A stretch of DNA of 64,000 bases from an uncultured Planctomycetales bacterium (GTDB taxonomy: Bacteria; Omnitrophota; Gorgyraeia; Gygaellales; Profunditerraquicolaceae). The stretch is from the NCBI GenBank assembly GCA_964545575.1, contig CAZJFL010000009.1:19574-83573 (forward strand). Reading direction: 5' to 3'. The translations under genes were made by a program, and so were the position numbers. Under the pieces are notes generated by a model. It did no database searches. It worked only from the letters and a program-made list of their open reading frames with translations, and was not told where the DNA came from. Shown here in pieces: positions 34,259 through 43,600 of the stretch. Position 1 is the first letter of the stretch, and every line of letters begins with the position of its first letter.

Positions 34259-35911
34259 ATGAATTTGCAAAGGCCGAACGCAAATGACGCGACTGGGACG
34301 TTTAACCGTTCCAAGAACGTGGTACCGGGTTCTGGTATCTGTTCTCGGTGTGTGGATGGGTGTAAAGGTAACTGCGAAGTCTTCAGGGCGACTTTCCGGA
34401 GCCGCGAGGTTATTTATCCGGGCCCTTTCGGAGAAGTAACTGCTGGAGCGGATAAGGATTATCCCGTGGATTACTCTCACCTAAATATCCAGGGCTATGC
34501 CTTGGGTGCTAAGGGTCTGCCGCAAGGCACAGAAGGTAATCCTGATACGACCAAATTCCCCGATGTGAATACCGAGGCCGAGTACGGCTGGAACTCAAAG
34601 GTAAAAATGAAAGTTCCTATTTTTACCGGAGCTTTGGGCTCAACGGAAATCGCCAGAAAAAACTGGGAGCATTTTGCCGTGGGTGCAGCAATTTCCGGCA
34701 TTACCCTGGTGTGTGGCGAAAATGTCTGCGGTATTGACCCCGGGCTGGAATTGGATAGTAACGGCAAGATCAAGAGTTCGCCCGACATGGACAGGCGTAT
34801 CGAGACTTATAAAAGGTTCCACAACGGCTGGGGAGAGATTTTGGTCCAGATGAACGTGGAAGATACGCGCTTGGGTGTTGCCGAATACGTCAGGAAGAAG
34901 CATAAACTTGACGCTATAGAGTTGAAATGGGGGCAGGGCGCTAAATGTATCGGCGGTGAGATAAAGGTAAAGAGCTTAGAAAGAGCTTTGGAATTACAGA
35001 GGCGCGGTTATATCGTTACTCCTGATCCCTCTCAAGAGGCGAACCAGAGAGCCTTTAAAGACGGCGCAATAAAAGAGTTTGAGCGCCATTCCCGCTTAGG
35101 GTTTGTTTCAGAAGAGGCATTTTTGGCAGAAGTCAAGCGCTTAAGAGGCTTAGGGTTCAAGCGTATTACCTTAAAGACCGGCGCTTATGCCATGCGCGAG
35201 CTGGCCATGGCGATAAAATATTGTTCCCTTGCCGGTATCGATCTTTTGACTATAGACGGTGCACCCGGCGGGACAGGAATGAGTCCTTGGAGGATGATGG
35301 AAGAATGGGGTATCCCTACCTTTTATCTGGAGGCGCTGGCCTATGAGTTCTGCCAGGAATTAGCCAAGAAAGGGATGCGTATTCCGGATATAGCCATAGC
35401 CGGAGGTTTTTCCAGCGAGGACCACGTTTTTAAAGCCTTAGCCATGGGCGCGCCATACGTCAAGGCAGTCTGTATGGGAAGATCCCTGATGATACCCGGC
35501 ATGGTGGGAAAGAATATTGCCAATTGGCTAAAAGAAGATAATCTTCCGCCTACCGTATCAGCTTACGGCAAGACAGAAAAAGAAATTTTTGTCTGTTACG
35601 AAGAGCTGCTTGAGCGATACGGCAAGGAGATGAAAGATATACCCTTGGGTGCGGTGGGGATATATTCTTTTGTGCAAAAGTTAAGGGTTGGTCTGCAGCA
35701 GCTGATGGCCGGTAGCAGGAACTTTAGGCTGAGCGCTATCTCCCGCAATGACCTGATGGCCTTGACGGAAGATGCGGCCAAGGTTTCAGGCATTCCTTAT
35801 GTAATGGATGCCTATCGCAAAGAAGCAGAGGCAATACTTAACGGTAAGGAAACAGTAAGGTTAGAAAACAATTTTAATCACCGTAGGGCCAAGGTAGCGG
35901 TGGGGAGGTAA
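34259..35911 (+). CDS. Stand-alone glutamate synthase FMN-binding domain protein (archaeal-type GltB domain 2) with an N-terminal Cys cluster
   Basis: 550 aa with the N-terminal CSRCVDGCKGNC motif and a TIM-barrel FMN domain with the GAPGGTG and IAGGF motifs typical of GltB-like proteins. Confidence 0.6.
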   Translation: MNLQRPNANDATGTFNRSKNVVPGSGICSRCVDGCKGNCEVFRATFRSREVIYPGPFGEVTAGADKDYPVDYSHLNIQGYALGAKGLPQGTEGNPDTTKFPDVNTEAEYGWNSKVKMKVPIFTGALGSTEIARKNWEHFAVGAAISGITLVCGENVCGIDPGLELDSNGKIKSSPDMDRRIETYKRFHNGWGEILVQMNVEDTRLGVAEYVRKKHKLDAIELKWGQGAKCIGGEIKVKSLERALELQRRGYIVTPDPSQEANQRAFKDGAIKEFERHSRLGFVSEEAFLAEVKRLRGLGFKRITLKTGAYAMRELAMAIKYCSLAGIDLLTIDGAPGGTGMSPWRMMEEWGIPTFYLEALAYEFCQELAKKGMRIPDIAIAGGFSSEDHVFKALAMGAPYVKAVCMGRSLMIPGMVGKNIANWLKEDNLPPTVSAYGKTEKEIFVCYEELLERYGKEMKDIPLGAVGIYSFVQKLRVGLQQLMAGSRNFRLSAISRNDLMALTEDAAKVSGIPYVMDAYRKEAEAILNGKETVRLENNFNHRRAKVAVGR

Positions 35912-35913
35912 CG

Positions 35914-36087
35914 GTGGAAAAAAAGGGGTTATGTATTACCTGTGTTCAGTCTGCAACCTGCATCTTTCCTAAGGAGCCGCCGGTATGGCAGTGCGAAGAA
36001 TTTTCTAACGGCAATCACGTGCCTGTGAGAGGCAGGCAGGCAAAGGTTAGGCAGGTTGTATACGAGCAAGTGACCGAAAGCGAATAA
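35914..36087 (+). CDS. Candidate small ORF (57 aa, GTG start) with four Cys (CxxC-x5-C-x10-C). It lies 3 nt after the FMN-domain gene and is preceded by GGAGG.
   Basis: It is not in the ORF track because it is under 60 aa. The frame is open from GTG 35914 to TAA 36085-36087. The Shine-Dalgarno spacing is good. Confidence 0.3.
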   Translation: MEKKGLCITCVQSATCIFPKEPPVWQCEEFSNGNHVPVRGRQAKVRQVVYEQVTESE

Positions 36088-36144
36088 AAATAAATAGCAG
36101 ATCAGCAAGCAAAGGACTAAGGCGTCCGATATCCAAAGCTGGAT

Positions 36145-36164
36145 AAAGGGCGCCTTTGTTTTTT
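36145..36164 (+). terminator. Intrinsic terminator (aaagg-gcgc-ccttt hairpin plus GTTTTTT)
   Basis: Seen in sequence, downstream of the FMN-domain operon. Confidence 0.5.
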
Positions 36165-36258
36165 AATGAGGGCACAATTTACGGAGCATAAGCGACGTAA
36201 ATTGTATGCCCGAATTAATCCCGCACTTACGCATAAGTGCGGGATAAGAGGTAGGCAG

Positions 36259-36786
36259 ATGACATTCGAGGTATTATTAAAAAGAATATCACCGAAGTTA
36301 AAGGGTATAGCCTATAAATTAAACGGCCGTTATTCTTTTTTTAATGACCAGGATTTATTTCAGGAAGCCTTACTGCACCTCTGGCAGGAGTTTGGGGCAG
36401 GAAAATTAGAGGATAAGACCGATAGCTATATCCTGCAGGGCTGCTATTTTCATCTTAAAAACTATATCCGTAAGACAAATACAAGAAGCAAGGTAGTGAG
36501 CCTCCAGGCGTTTATCGATAATGAAGAGGACTTAAAATTAGAAGAGACGCTATTATTGCAGGACTGTGATCCCCAAGATTATTTCGATTCCTTAAACAGT
36601 AAATTATTGGTAGAAACTATCCACAATAACGGTTTTACGGAAAGAGAAAAGAATATACTTACGCTATATGCGGAAGGACTTACTACCAGAGAGATCGGTT
36701 CCAGGCTTGGGGTTTCGCATGTCAGAGTGGTTAAGCTAATGAGCCGCATCAGAGAGAAGTCAAAAATTTATCTGGATAATTTTTAA
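36259..36786 (+). CDS. Sigma-70 family RNA polymerase sigma factor (ECF-like, regions 2 and 4)
   Basis: Region 2-like FQEALLHLWQ and a C-terminal helix-turn-helix LTTREIGSRLGVSHVRVVKLMSRIR. The start is chosen at ATG 36259 because the 36166 start runs through terminator and hairpin sequence. Confidence 0.5.
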   Translation: MTFEVLLKRISPKLKGIAYKLNGRYSFFNDQDLFQEALLHLWQEFGAGKLEDKTDSYILQGCYFHLKNYIRKTNTRSKVVSLQAFIDNEEDLKLEETLLLQDCDPQDYFDSLNSKLLVETIHNNGFTEREKNILTLYAEGLTTREIGSRLGVSHVRVVKLMSRIREKSKIYLDNF

Positions 36787-36813
36787 ACAGGCGTTACCAA
36801 AACAATCGGTTTT

Positions 36814-36945
36814 CCACTTGTAGTGGTATAAGGCACATTGAAGTGTAGCCGGATAAAGGCGTCTTTTGCCCAGCAAGGGCACACCAAACAATCCGATATG
36901 TTTGGGTGTTTCCAGCGTTGGGTTAGCGGACGCTTTTTTGTTTTT
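36814..36945 (+). promoter_or_regulatory. amtB leader. It has hairpins ccac-ttgta-gtgg and gcac[ATTGAA]gtgt (a hexaloop with A at position 1 and G at position 4), a long hairpin acaccaaaca-atccgata-tgtttgggtgt that resembles the repeat-unit stem, and then a terminator (agcgt...acgct plus UUUUUGUUUUU) just before the ribosome-binding site and ATG.
   Basis: Seen in sequence. The hexaloop hairpin is nearly identical to the first hairpin of the glnA copy 2 leader (gcac[ATTGTA]gtgc). Confidence 0.45.
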
Positions 36946-36952
36946 AGGAGGG

Positions 36953-38188
36953 ATGAAAATGATGAATAGCGGTGATACTGCTTGGGTCTTGGTTTCATCG
37001 GCTTTAGTCCTGCTGATGACTCCTGGCCTGGCATTCTTTTACGGAGGGATGGTTAGGAAGAAAAACGTTTTGAGTGTTTTAATGCAGTGTTTCATTATTA
37101 TGTGCGTTTTAAGTATCCAGTGGGTACTCTTTGGCTACAGCCTTTCGTTTCATCCGGGAAACGGATTCTGGGGCGGTTTTGGATGGTTGGGTTTAAACGG
37201 TGTGGGCTTTGAGCCTTACGCAGATTACGCGGCTACTATTCCGCATCAGGCATTTATGATCTTTCAGGCGATGTTTGCGATTATCACACCCGCATTGATT
37301 ATCGGCGCATTTGCTGAGAGGATGAAGTTTTCCGCATTTTTGTTATTTACGGTGCTTTGGGCGACGTTTGTATACGATCCTTTATGTCACTGGGTCTGGG
37401 GCACGGGAGGATTTTTAAAGAATTTAGGCGCGCTTGATTTTGCCGGTGGAACAGTGGTACATATTAATGCCGGGATTGCTGCTTTGGTCACGGCGATAGT
37501 CCTAGGCAAGAGATCAAACTTAAACGGAAATGTGCCTACTCCGCACAACATGCCTTTGGTGGTCTTAGGTACAGGATTATTATGGTTTGGTTGGTTTGGT
37601 TTTAATGCCGGAAGCGCTCTTGCTGCCAATGGGTTAGCGGTAAACGCATTTGTCGTAACCAATACCGCAGCTGCCGCGGCAGGATTAAGTTGGGCTTTGA
37701 TTGAGTGGTGGCGTAACGGCAAGCCTACGATTTTCGGCTTATGTTCCGGAGCTGTCGCAGGCCTCGTTGCAATTACGCCTGCTGCCGGATTTGTAGGTGT
37801 TATACCGGCGATAATCATCGGCCTATTAGTCAGCGTTTTCTGCTTTATTGCGGTAACGCTGATTAAGCCGAAATTCGGTTATGATGATTCGCTGGATGCC
37901 TTTGGAGTGCACTGCATAGGCGGTATCTGGGGAGCTTTGGCTACCGGGCTGTTTGCTTCTAAGGTAATAAATTCCGCCGGCAGCGATGGGCTATTTTTCG
38001 GCAACCCGAAGCAGTTTTTAGTGCAGCTGGCAGCCGTAGCAGTGACGATTATCTACACGGGAGTCGTTACATTGATTATCTATAAACTCGTAGACGTGTT
38101 CGTGGGTATACGGGTTGATGAAAAATCAGAGGCAATGGGGTTAGATTTGACGCAGCATCATGAAAGGGCGTATACGGTATTGGAGTAA
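36953..38188 (+). CDS. amtB: Ammonium transporter
   Basis: It has the Amt signature near the N-terminus (DTAWVLVSSALVLLMTPGLAFFYGG), 11 transmembrane segments and DFAGGTVVHI. GGAGGG lies 8 nt upstream of ATG 36953. Confidence 0.9.
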   Translation: MKMMNSGDTAWVLVSSALVLLMTPGLAFFYGGMVRKKNVLSVLMQCFIIMCVLSIQWVLFGYSLSFHPGNGFWGGFGWLGLNGVGFEPYADYAATIPHQAFMIFQAMFAIITPALIIGAFAERMKFSAFLLFTVLWATFVYDPLCHWVWGTGGFLKNLGALDFAGGTVVHINAGIAALVTAIVLGKRSNLNGNVPTPHNMPLVVLGTGLLWFGWFGFNAGSALAANGLAVNAFVVTNTAAAAAGLSWALIEWWRNGKPTIFGLCSGAVAGLVAITPAAGFVGVIPAIIIGLLVSVFCFIAVTLIKPKFGYDDSLDAFGVHCIGGIWGALATGLFASKVINSAGSDGLFFGNPKQFLVQLAAVAVTIIYTGVVTLIIYKLVDVFVGIRVDEKSEAMGLDLTQHHERAYTVLE

Positions 38189-38206
38189 ATATCCAAGGAG
38201 GCTTAG

Positions 38207-38548
38207 ATGAGACTGGTTATCGCAATAATACAGCCGCACAGACTAGAGGCGGTGAAAGAAGAATTGTATAAGGCAGAGGTTAATCTTTTGACCGTAAGTG
38301 AAGTCTTAGGCCACGGCCGGCAAAAAGGCATTACCGAAGTCTACCGCGGAGCAAAAGAAACAGGGAATCTTCTGCGCAAGGTCAGGCTTGAAATTGCGGT
38401 CAATGATAATTTCCTTGAGCCGACTATAAGAGCGATTGTTAAAGGTGCCAAGACCGGTGAGACCGGAGACGGAAAGATTTTTGTGCTGGATCTTAAGGAG
38501 TGTATCCGTATCCGCACCGAAGAGCGCGGCGGCGTAGCCATAGGTTAA
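38207..38548 (+). CDS. glnK: PII nitrogen regulatory protein (GlnK, amtB-linked)
   Basis: 113 aa with a T-loop containing the [12 protein letters not shown] region. The overall PII signature is present. It directly follows amtB. Confidence 0.9.
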   Translation: MRLVIAIIQPHRLEAVKEELYKAEVNLLTVSEVLGHGRQKGITEVYRGAKETGNLLRKVRLEIAVNDNFLEPTIRAIVKGAKTGETGDGKIFVLDLKECIRIRTEERGGVAIG

Positions 38549-38633
38549 GGAGGGAAGGGAAAGCCTATAAAAAGGTTACCAAAATAGGCTTTATTTTACT
38601 TGTATATAGAGAAGTAGGAAGCTTAAAATTTAG

Positions 38634-38706
38634 GCACATTGTAGTGCGAAAATAAAATATTTGCCTTAAGGGAACATGGGCGTTCTTCGAAAAGAACGCC
38701 CTTTTT
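38634..38706 (+). promoter_or_regulatory. glnA copy 2 leader, an ANTAR-type terminator/antiterminator switch. Hairpin 1 is gcac[ATTGTA]gtgc (38634-38647). Hairpin 2 is gaac[ATGGGC]gttc (38672-38685), and its loop plus 3' arm overlap the 5' arm of the intrinsic terminator gggcgttcttcg-aaaa-gaacgccc plus CUUUUUG (38678-38706).
   Basis: Both hexaloops have A at position 1 and G at position 4. Forming hairpin 2 and forming the terminator are mutually exclusive. Two GAF-ANTAR proteins are encoded in the window. Confidence 0.55.
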
Positions 38707-38725
38707 GTTTAAAAAGGAGGAAGTA

Positions 38726-40234
38726 ATGCCTAAGAGAGAGATAAAAAAGACCAAGGGAGTAAAGACCAAAAATCCTTTGGTTAACGGTTCTTTTGACGAA
38801 AAAGCGGCCCGGGATGTGATGAAACTGGTCAAAGAAAGCAATATCCAAATTATAGATTTGAAATTCAATGACCTTCCCGGCCTCTGGCAGCATTTTTCCA
38901 TACCTGCCTCAGAATTGAAAGAGATGGACGATATCACCCGTTCTATCTGGGTGGATGGCATCGGTTTTGACGGTTCCTCCATCCGCGGTTTCCAGAAGAT
39001 ACAGGAATCGGACATGATTTTGATTCCCGACCCCTCCACGGCGATTATAGATCCGGTGTGCGAGGTTCCTACTCTAAGCATCATCTGCGATATTTATGAC
39101 CCGCTTACCCGTAAAGCCTACACCCGCGACCCGCGCTATATAGCAAAAAAAGCCGAAAAATACCTTAAAGATTCGGGGATCGCCGATACGGTTTATTTCG
39201 GCCCAGAGGCGGAGTTTTTTATTTTCAATGATGTGCGTTTTGACCAGACTGAAAATTCCGGGTATTACTTTATTGATTCAGACGAGGGTGACTGGAATAC
39301 GGGAAGGGAAGAAAATCCAAATTTAGGTTATAAGGTGCGCTATAAAGAAGGTTATTTCCCGGTTCCTCCGCACGATTCTCTGCAGGATTTAAGAAGCAGG
39401 ATAATTCTGAAGATGAAAGAGGCGGGCATTAATGTGGAAGTGCACCACCATGAAGTGGCTACGGCCGGCCAGTGCGAAATTGATATGAAATTCGACAAAC
39501 TTACCAAGATGGCCGATAACCTCTTGCTTTACAAATACATAATCAAAAATATGGCTAAGAAGAATAACATGGTAGCTACTTTTATGCCTAAGCCTCTCTT
39601 TGCGGATAACGGCTCGGGTATGCACTGCCACCAGAGCCTGTGGAAAGGCGGGAGGAACCTGTTCTACGATAAAAACGGCTATGCGCTCTTAAGCCAGGCG
39701 GCAAAATACTATATCGGAGGCTTGTTAAAGCATGCGCGCAGCTTGATGGCTTTTTGCGCTCCCACTACCAATTCCTATAAGAGATTAGTTCCCGGTTATG
39801 AGGCGCCGGTAAACCTGGTATATTCTGCGCGCAACCGTTCAGCAGCGGTAAGGGTTCCCATGTATTCGGACAATCCCAAATCTAAAAGAATAGAATTCCG
39901 CCCGCCTGACCCGGCCTGTAACGGGTATTTGGCATTCAGCGCCATGCTTTTGGCCGGACTTGACGGCATACAGAATAAAATCGATCCCGGTAAACCCATG
40001 GATAAAGATCTATTCGAATTAAGCGAAGAAGAATTAAAAACCATACCTACCGTTCCCGGGTCGCTTTATACCGCGCTCAACGCCCTTGAAGCAGACCATG
40101 AATATCTTTTAAAAGGCGGCGTATTTACTCAGGATGTTTTGGATATCTGGCTGGAGTATAAGCGTAAAAAAGAGATAGACGCAGTGAGGATGCGCCCGCA
40201 TCCCTATGAGTTTTATCTTTATTTTGATATTTAA
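38726..40234 (+). CDS. glnA: Glutamine synthetase type I, copy 2
   Basis: It has a GS N-terminal beta-grasp domain and a catalytic domain ([30 protein letters not shown]). AAAAAGGAGG lies 6 nt before ATG 38726. The 38705 start is a TTG inside the terminator U-tract. Confidence 0.85.
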   Translation: MPKREIKKTKGVKTKNPLVNGSFDEKAARDVMKLVKESNIQIIDLKFNDLPGLWQHFSIPASELKEMDDITRSIWVDGIGFDGSSIRGFQKIQESDMILIPDPSTAIIDPVCEVPTLSIICDIYDPLTRKAYTRDPRYIAKKAEKYLKDSGIADTVYFGPEAEFFIFNDVRFDQTENSGYYFIDSDEGDWNTGREENPNLGYKVRYKEGYFPVPPHDSLQDLRSRIILKMKEAGINVEVHHHEVATAGQCEIDMKFDKLTKMADNLLLYKYIIKNMAKKNNMVATFMPKPLFADNGSGMHCHQSLWKGGRNLFYDKNGYALLSQAAKYYIGGLLKHARSLMAFCAPTTNSYKRLVPGYEAPVNLVYSARNRSAAVRVPMYSDNPKSKRIEFRPPDPACNGYLAFSAMLLAGLDGIQNKIDPGKPMDKDLFELSEEELKTIPTVPGSLYTALNALEADHEYLLKGGVFTQDVLDIWLEYKRKKEIDAVRMRPHPYEFYLYFDI

Positions 40235-40239
40235 AATCA

Positions 40240-40321
40240 GGGACTGTCCCCTTAGGTCTACGGGAAGGCACCCAAACCTATCTGATGGTTTGGTGCCCCG
40301 CTTTCTGCGGGGACTGTCCCT
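40240..40321 (+). promoter_or_regulatory. A single copy of the structured repeat unit (ggcacccaaacc-tatctgat-ggtttggtgcc, then ccccgc-tttct-gcgggg, 40267-40312), flanked by two copies of the perfect palindrome GGGACTGTCCC (40240-40251, 40309-40320)
   Basis: Seen in sequence, about 50 nt upstream of the Fis-like/gltB operon start. Confidence 0.5.
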
Positions 40322-40367
40322 AAAATTTTATCCGGCGGTGCTTAATTTTTAGGCAAGAGGGATAATC

Positions 40368-40616
40368 ATGCCAGAGACGGTTGATTTAGAGGATAAGATT
40401 ATAGAGCTGGGAGATTCGCTGTACCAGCAAAAAGAAGGCGCATTATACAGGTTTATTCTGGAGATTATCGAAAGGCCTTTGCTTGAGCGCGTGTTGGAGC
40501 GCACGGAAGGAAACCAGCTTAAAGCGGCAAGGGTATTGGGGATTAACCGTAATACCATGCGCGCCAAGATAAAAAAATTAGGCATTAATGTAGAAAAATG
40601 GAAGGGTTTAAAGTGA
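40368..40616 (+). CDS. Small Fis-family helix-turn-helix DNA-binding protein (resembles the C-terminal HTH of NtrC)
   Basis: 82 aa with GNQLKAARVLGINRNTMRAKIKKLGI, a Fis/NtrC-type helix-turn-helix. It overlaps the start of gltB. Confidence 0.55.
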   Translation: MPETVDLEDKIIELGDSLYQQKEGALYRFILEIIERPLLERVLERTEGNQLKAARVLGINRNTMRAKIKKLGINVEKWKGLK

Positions 40617-43600
40617 AATATACGCATTTACCCGAAGCCCAGGGCTTATACGATCCGCGCTTTGAGCATGATTCCTGCGGCGTGGGTTTTGTCTGTAATA
40701 TCAGGGGTAAAGCTTCTTATGGTATTGTCAGGCAGGGTCTGGAGGTGCTTAACCGGCTTTCTCACCGCGGCGCAACCGGCTCAGACCCTAAGACTGGAGA
40801 CGGGGCAGGGATACTCATTCAGATTCCCCATGAGTTCTTTGCCAAAGTTTGCCGCAGGTCCGGGATCGGGTTGCCGCCAAAGGGAAAGTACGCAACGGGA
40901 ATAGTATTTTTACCTGCCGATTCTAAAGAGCGGGCTTTTTGTAAAGCAGTTTTTGCCCGGCTTATCAAGGAAGAAAAACAGATCTTTTTAGGTTGGCGGG
41001 AGGTTCCCGTGGATGATACTTGTATCGGAAGGACCGCTCGGGAGACAAAGCCTGCGATGGAACAAGTTTTTATCGCCCAAGATAAATCAGAATCAGATGA
41101 GTTGAATTTTGAAAGAAAGCTCTACCTGATTCGAAAGAGGATAGAGAATGTTATCCGCGCCAGCTCCCTTAAGCAGAAGGCCTTTTTCTATATTACTAAT
41201 CTCTCAAGCAGGACTTTCTCTTACAAGGGTTTGTTGATGCCTGGACAGGTGGGCAAGTTTTTCCTTGACCTAAAGGATCAAGACCTTAAAAGCGCGATAA
41301 GCCTCGTGCATTCGCGTTACTCAACCAATACCTTCCCGACCTGGGATTTGGCGCAGCCCTTCAGGTTCCTGGCGCATAACGGAGAGATAAATACTTTAAG
41401 GGGCAATATCAACTGGATGCAGGCAAGGGAGAGTTTGTTAGCCGATAAATTCTTCGGTGAAAAGATCAAAGATATATTGCCGGTGATTGTGCCCGGAGGC
41501 AGCGATTCCGCAACTATAGATAATGTTTTTGAACTTCTTCTATTATCCGGTAGGTCTTTGCCTCACGCGATGATGATGCTTATCCCGGCGGCCTGGCAGC
41601 AGGATAAGCTTTTATCCGAGAAGGTAAAAAGTTTTTACCTTTACCATGCCTGCTTAATGGAGGCCTGGGACGGCCCGGCGGCAATCGCCTTTACCGACGG
41701 AACCCGCGTAGGCGCGGTTTTAGACAGAAACGGCCTGCGGCCGGCAAGATATATCATTACTAAAAACGATACCGTAGTCATGGCCTCTGAGGTAGGGGTA
41801 TTGGATATTCCTCCTTCCGATATTTTAGTTTCTGGCAGGCTTGAGCCGGGCAGGATATTCTTTATCGATACACAGGAAGGCCGTATTGTAGATGATGCCG
41901 AAATTAAGAAGGCGATGGCAAACAGCCGGCCTTATAAAAGCTGGCTTAAAGAAAATATGCTGGAATTAAAAAACGTGCGTCCTGCGGCGGTTGAGTCCGG
42001 GATACGCAAGGAGGAAGTCCTGACGCTGTTAAAGGCATTCGGTTATACGCGCGAGGATTTAAAATTTATCCTCAAGCCGATGTTAGAGCATGCGCAGGAG
42101 CCGACAGGCTCAATGGGTAATGATGCTCCCCATGCGGTTTTATCTGGAAAACCGCAACTGCTCTATAATTATTTTAAGCAATTATTTGCGCAGGTCACTA
42201 ATCCCGCGATTGACCCTATCCGCGAAGAGCTCGTAATGAGCTTAGAAAGCTACGTAGGGCCGGAAAGGAATATGCTGGATGAGACCGCTAAACATTGCCG
42301 TAAATTAAGGGTGAGGCACCCGATTCTTAGCAATGATGACTTAGCTAAGATCGCCAAGATAAGAGAAAATAGTTTTAGAACTAAGACCATCTCTTTGCTC
42401 TTTAAGGCGCAGGATGAGAAAGATTTTTTAGCGACGCTGGAGCGGGTTTGTAAAGAGGCGGTCTCCGCCATAAAAGAGGGTTATACCTTTATCATCTTAA
42501 GCGACCGGGGCGTAAGCCGGGATTATGCGGCTTTGCCCTGTTTATTAGCCACCGCTACGGTGCATCACTATTTGGTAAAGAAGGCCCTGCGCACGCAGAT
42601 CGGGATAATTTTGGAGACCGCAGAGCCCAGGGAAGTGCATCATTTTGCCCTGCTTTTTGGTTACGGCGCAGATTGCATTAATCCGTATCTGGCCTTTGAA
42701 GCGGTCAAATATCTCTTAACAGAAGAGAAGATGGATTTAGGGCCGGATATTGCCTTAGATAATTATATAAAAGCAATAGATAAGGGGATCTTAAAGATTC
42801 TTTCCAAAATGGGCATCTCTACTCTGCAAAGCTACCGCGGCGCGCAGATTTTTGAAGTTTTAGGATTGAGTGAAGAGGTTATCCGATATTCTTTTAGCGG
42901 CACTCCCTCAAGGATCGGTGGAGCGGGATTTGCGGTTATTGCGCAAGAAACTATCCTGCGGCATAAAGAGGCATATAATAAGATGGTCGCGCAGGAACCT
43001 TATTTAGCTACCGGAGGCCTCTATCAATGGAAGAGGGACGGAGAGTTTCATTTATGGAACCCTGATACTATTGCCCTGCTTCAGGATGCGGCTTGGAATA
43101 ACGATTATCAGAAATACAAAGAGTTTGCCCGGCTGATTAATGATCAGTCCGCTAACCCCGTTACTTTGCGTAGCCTCTTTAAGTTCAAAACGGCCAAATC
43201 TATTCCTACAGAAGAGGTGGAGCCCGTAGAGAGCATCTTGCGCCGTTTTGCTACCGGAGCGATGAGTTTCGGTTCAATAAGCAAGGAAGCGCATGAGACT
43301 ATCGCCGTTGCCATGAATAAAATAGGCGGCCGCTCCAATAGCGGGGAAGGAGGAGAGGACCCAGAGAGATTTCAAGCTGCGGATAACGGAGAGTGTAAGC
43401 GCAGCGCTGTAAAACAGGTTGCTTCCGGAAGGTTCGGCGTGACCTCTTATTATCTGATGAATGCCGATGAATTACAGATAAAAATCGCCCAGGGTGCCAA
43501 GCCCGGCGAAGGAGGGCAGCTTCCCGGCTATAAGGTAAGCGCTGTTATTGCTAAAACGCGCCACACCACGCCGGGGGTGACTTTGATTTCTCCGCCTCCG

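Noticed and set aside
36166-36258. Upstream start for the sigma factor ORF (MRAQFTEHKRRK...)
   Set aside because: It would begin inside the terminator U-tract and hairpins. ATG 36259 fits conserved sigma region 2 better.
37387-37818. 143-aa minus-strand ORF
   Set aside because: It is antisense within amtB, with low-complexity Pro/Ala-rich content typical of the GC-rich reverse frame.
38631-38647. Sigma54 (-24/-12) promoter GGCAC-N-TGC upstream of glnA copy 2 and amtB
   Set aside because: The GG-to-GC spacing is 11 rather than 10 and there is no TTGCA. The sequence is better explained as a 4-bp hairpin with an A..G.. hexaloop, the first hairpin of an ANTAR target.
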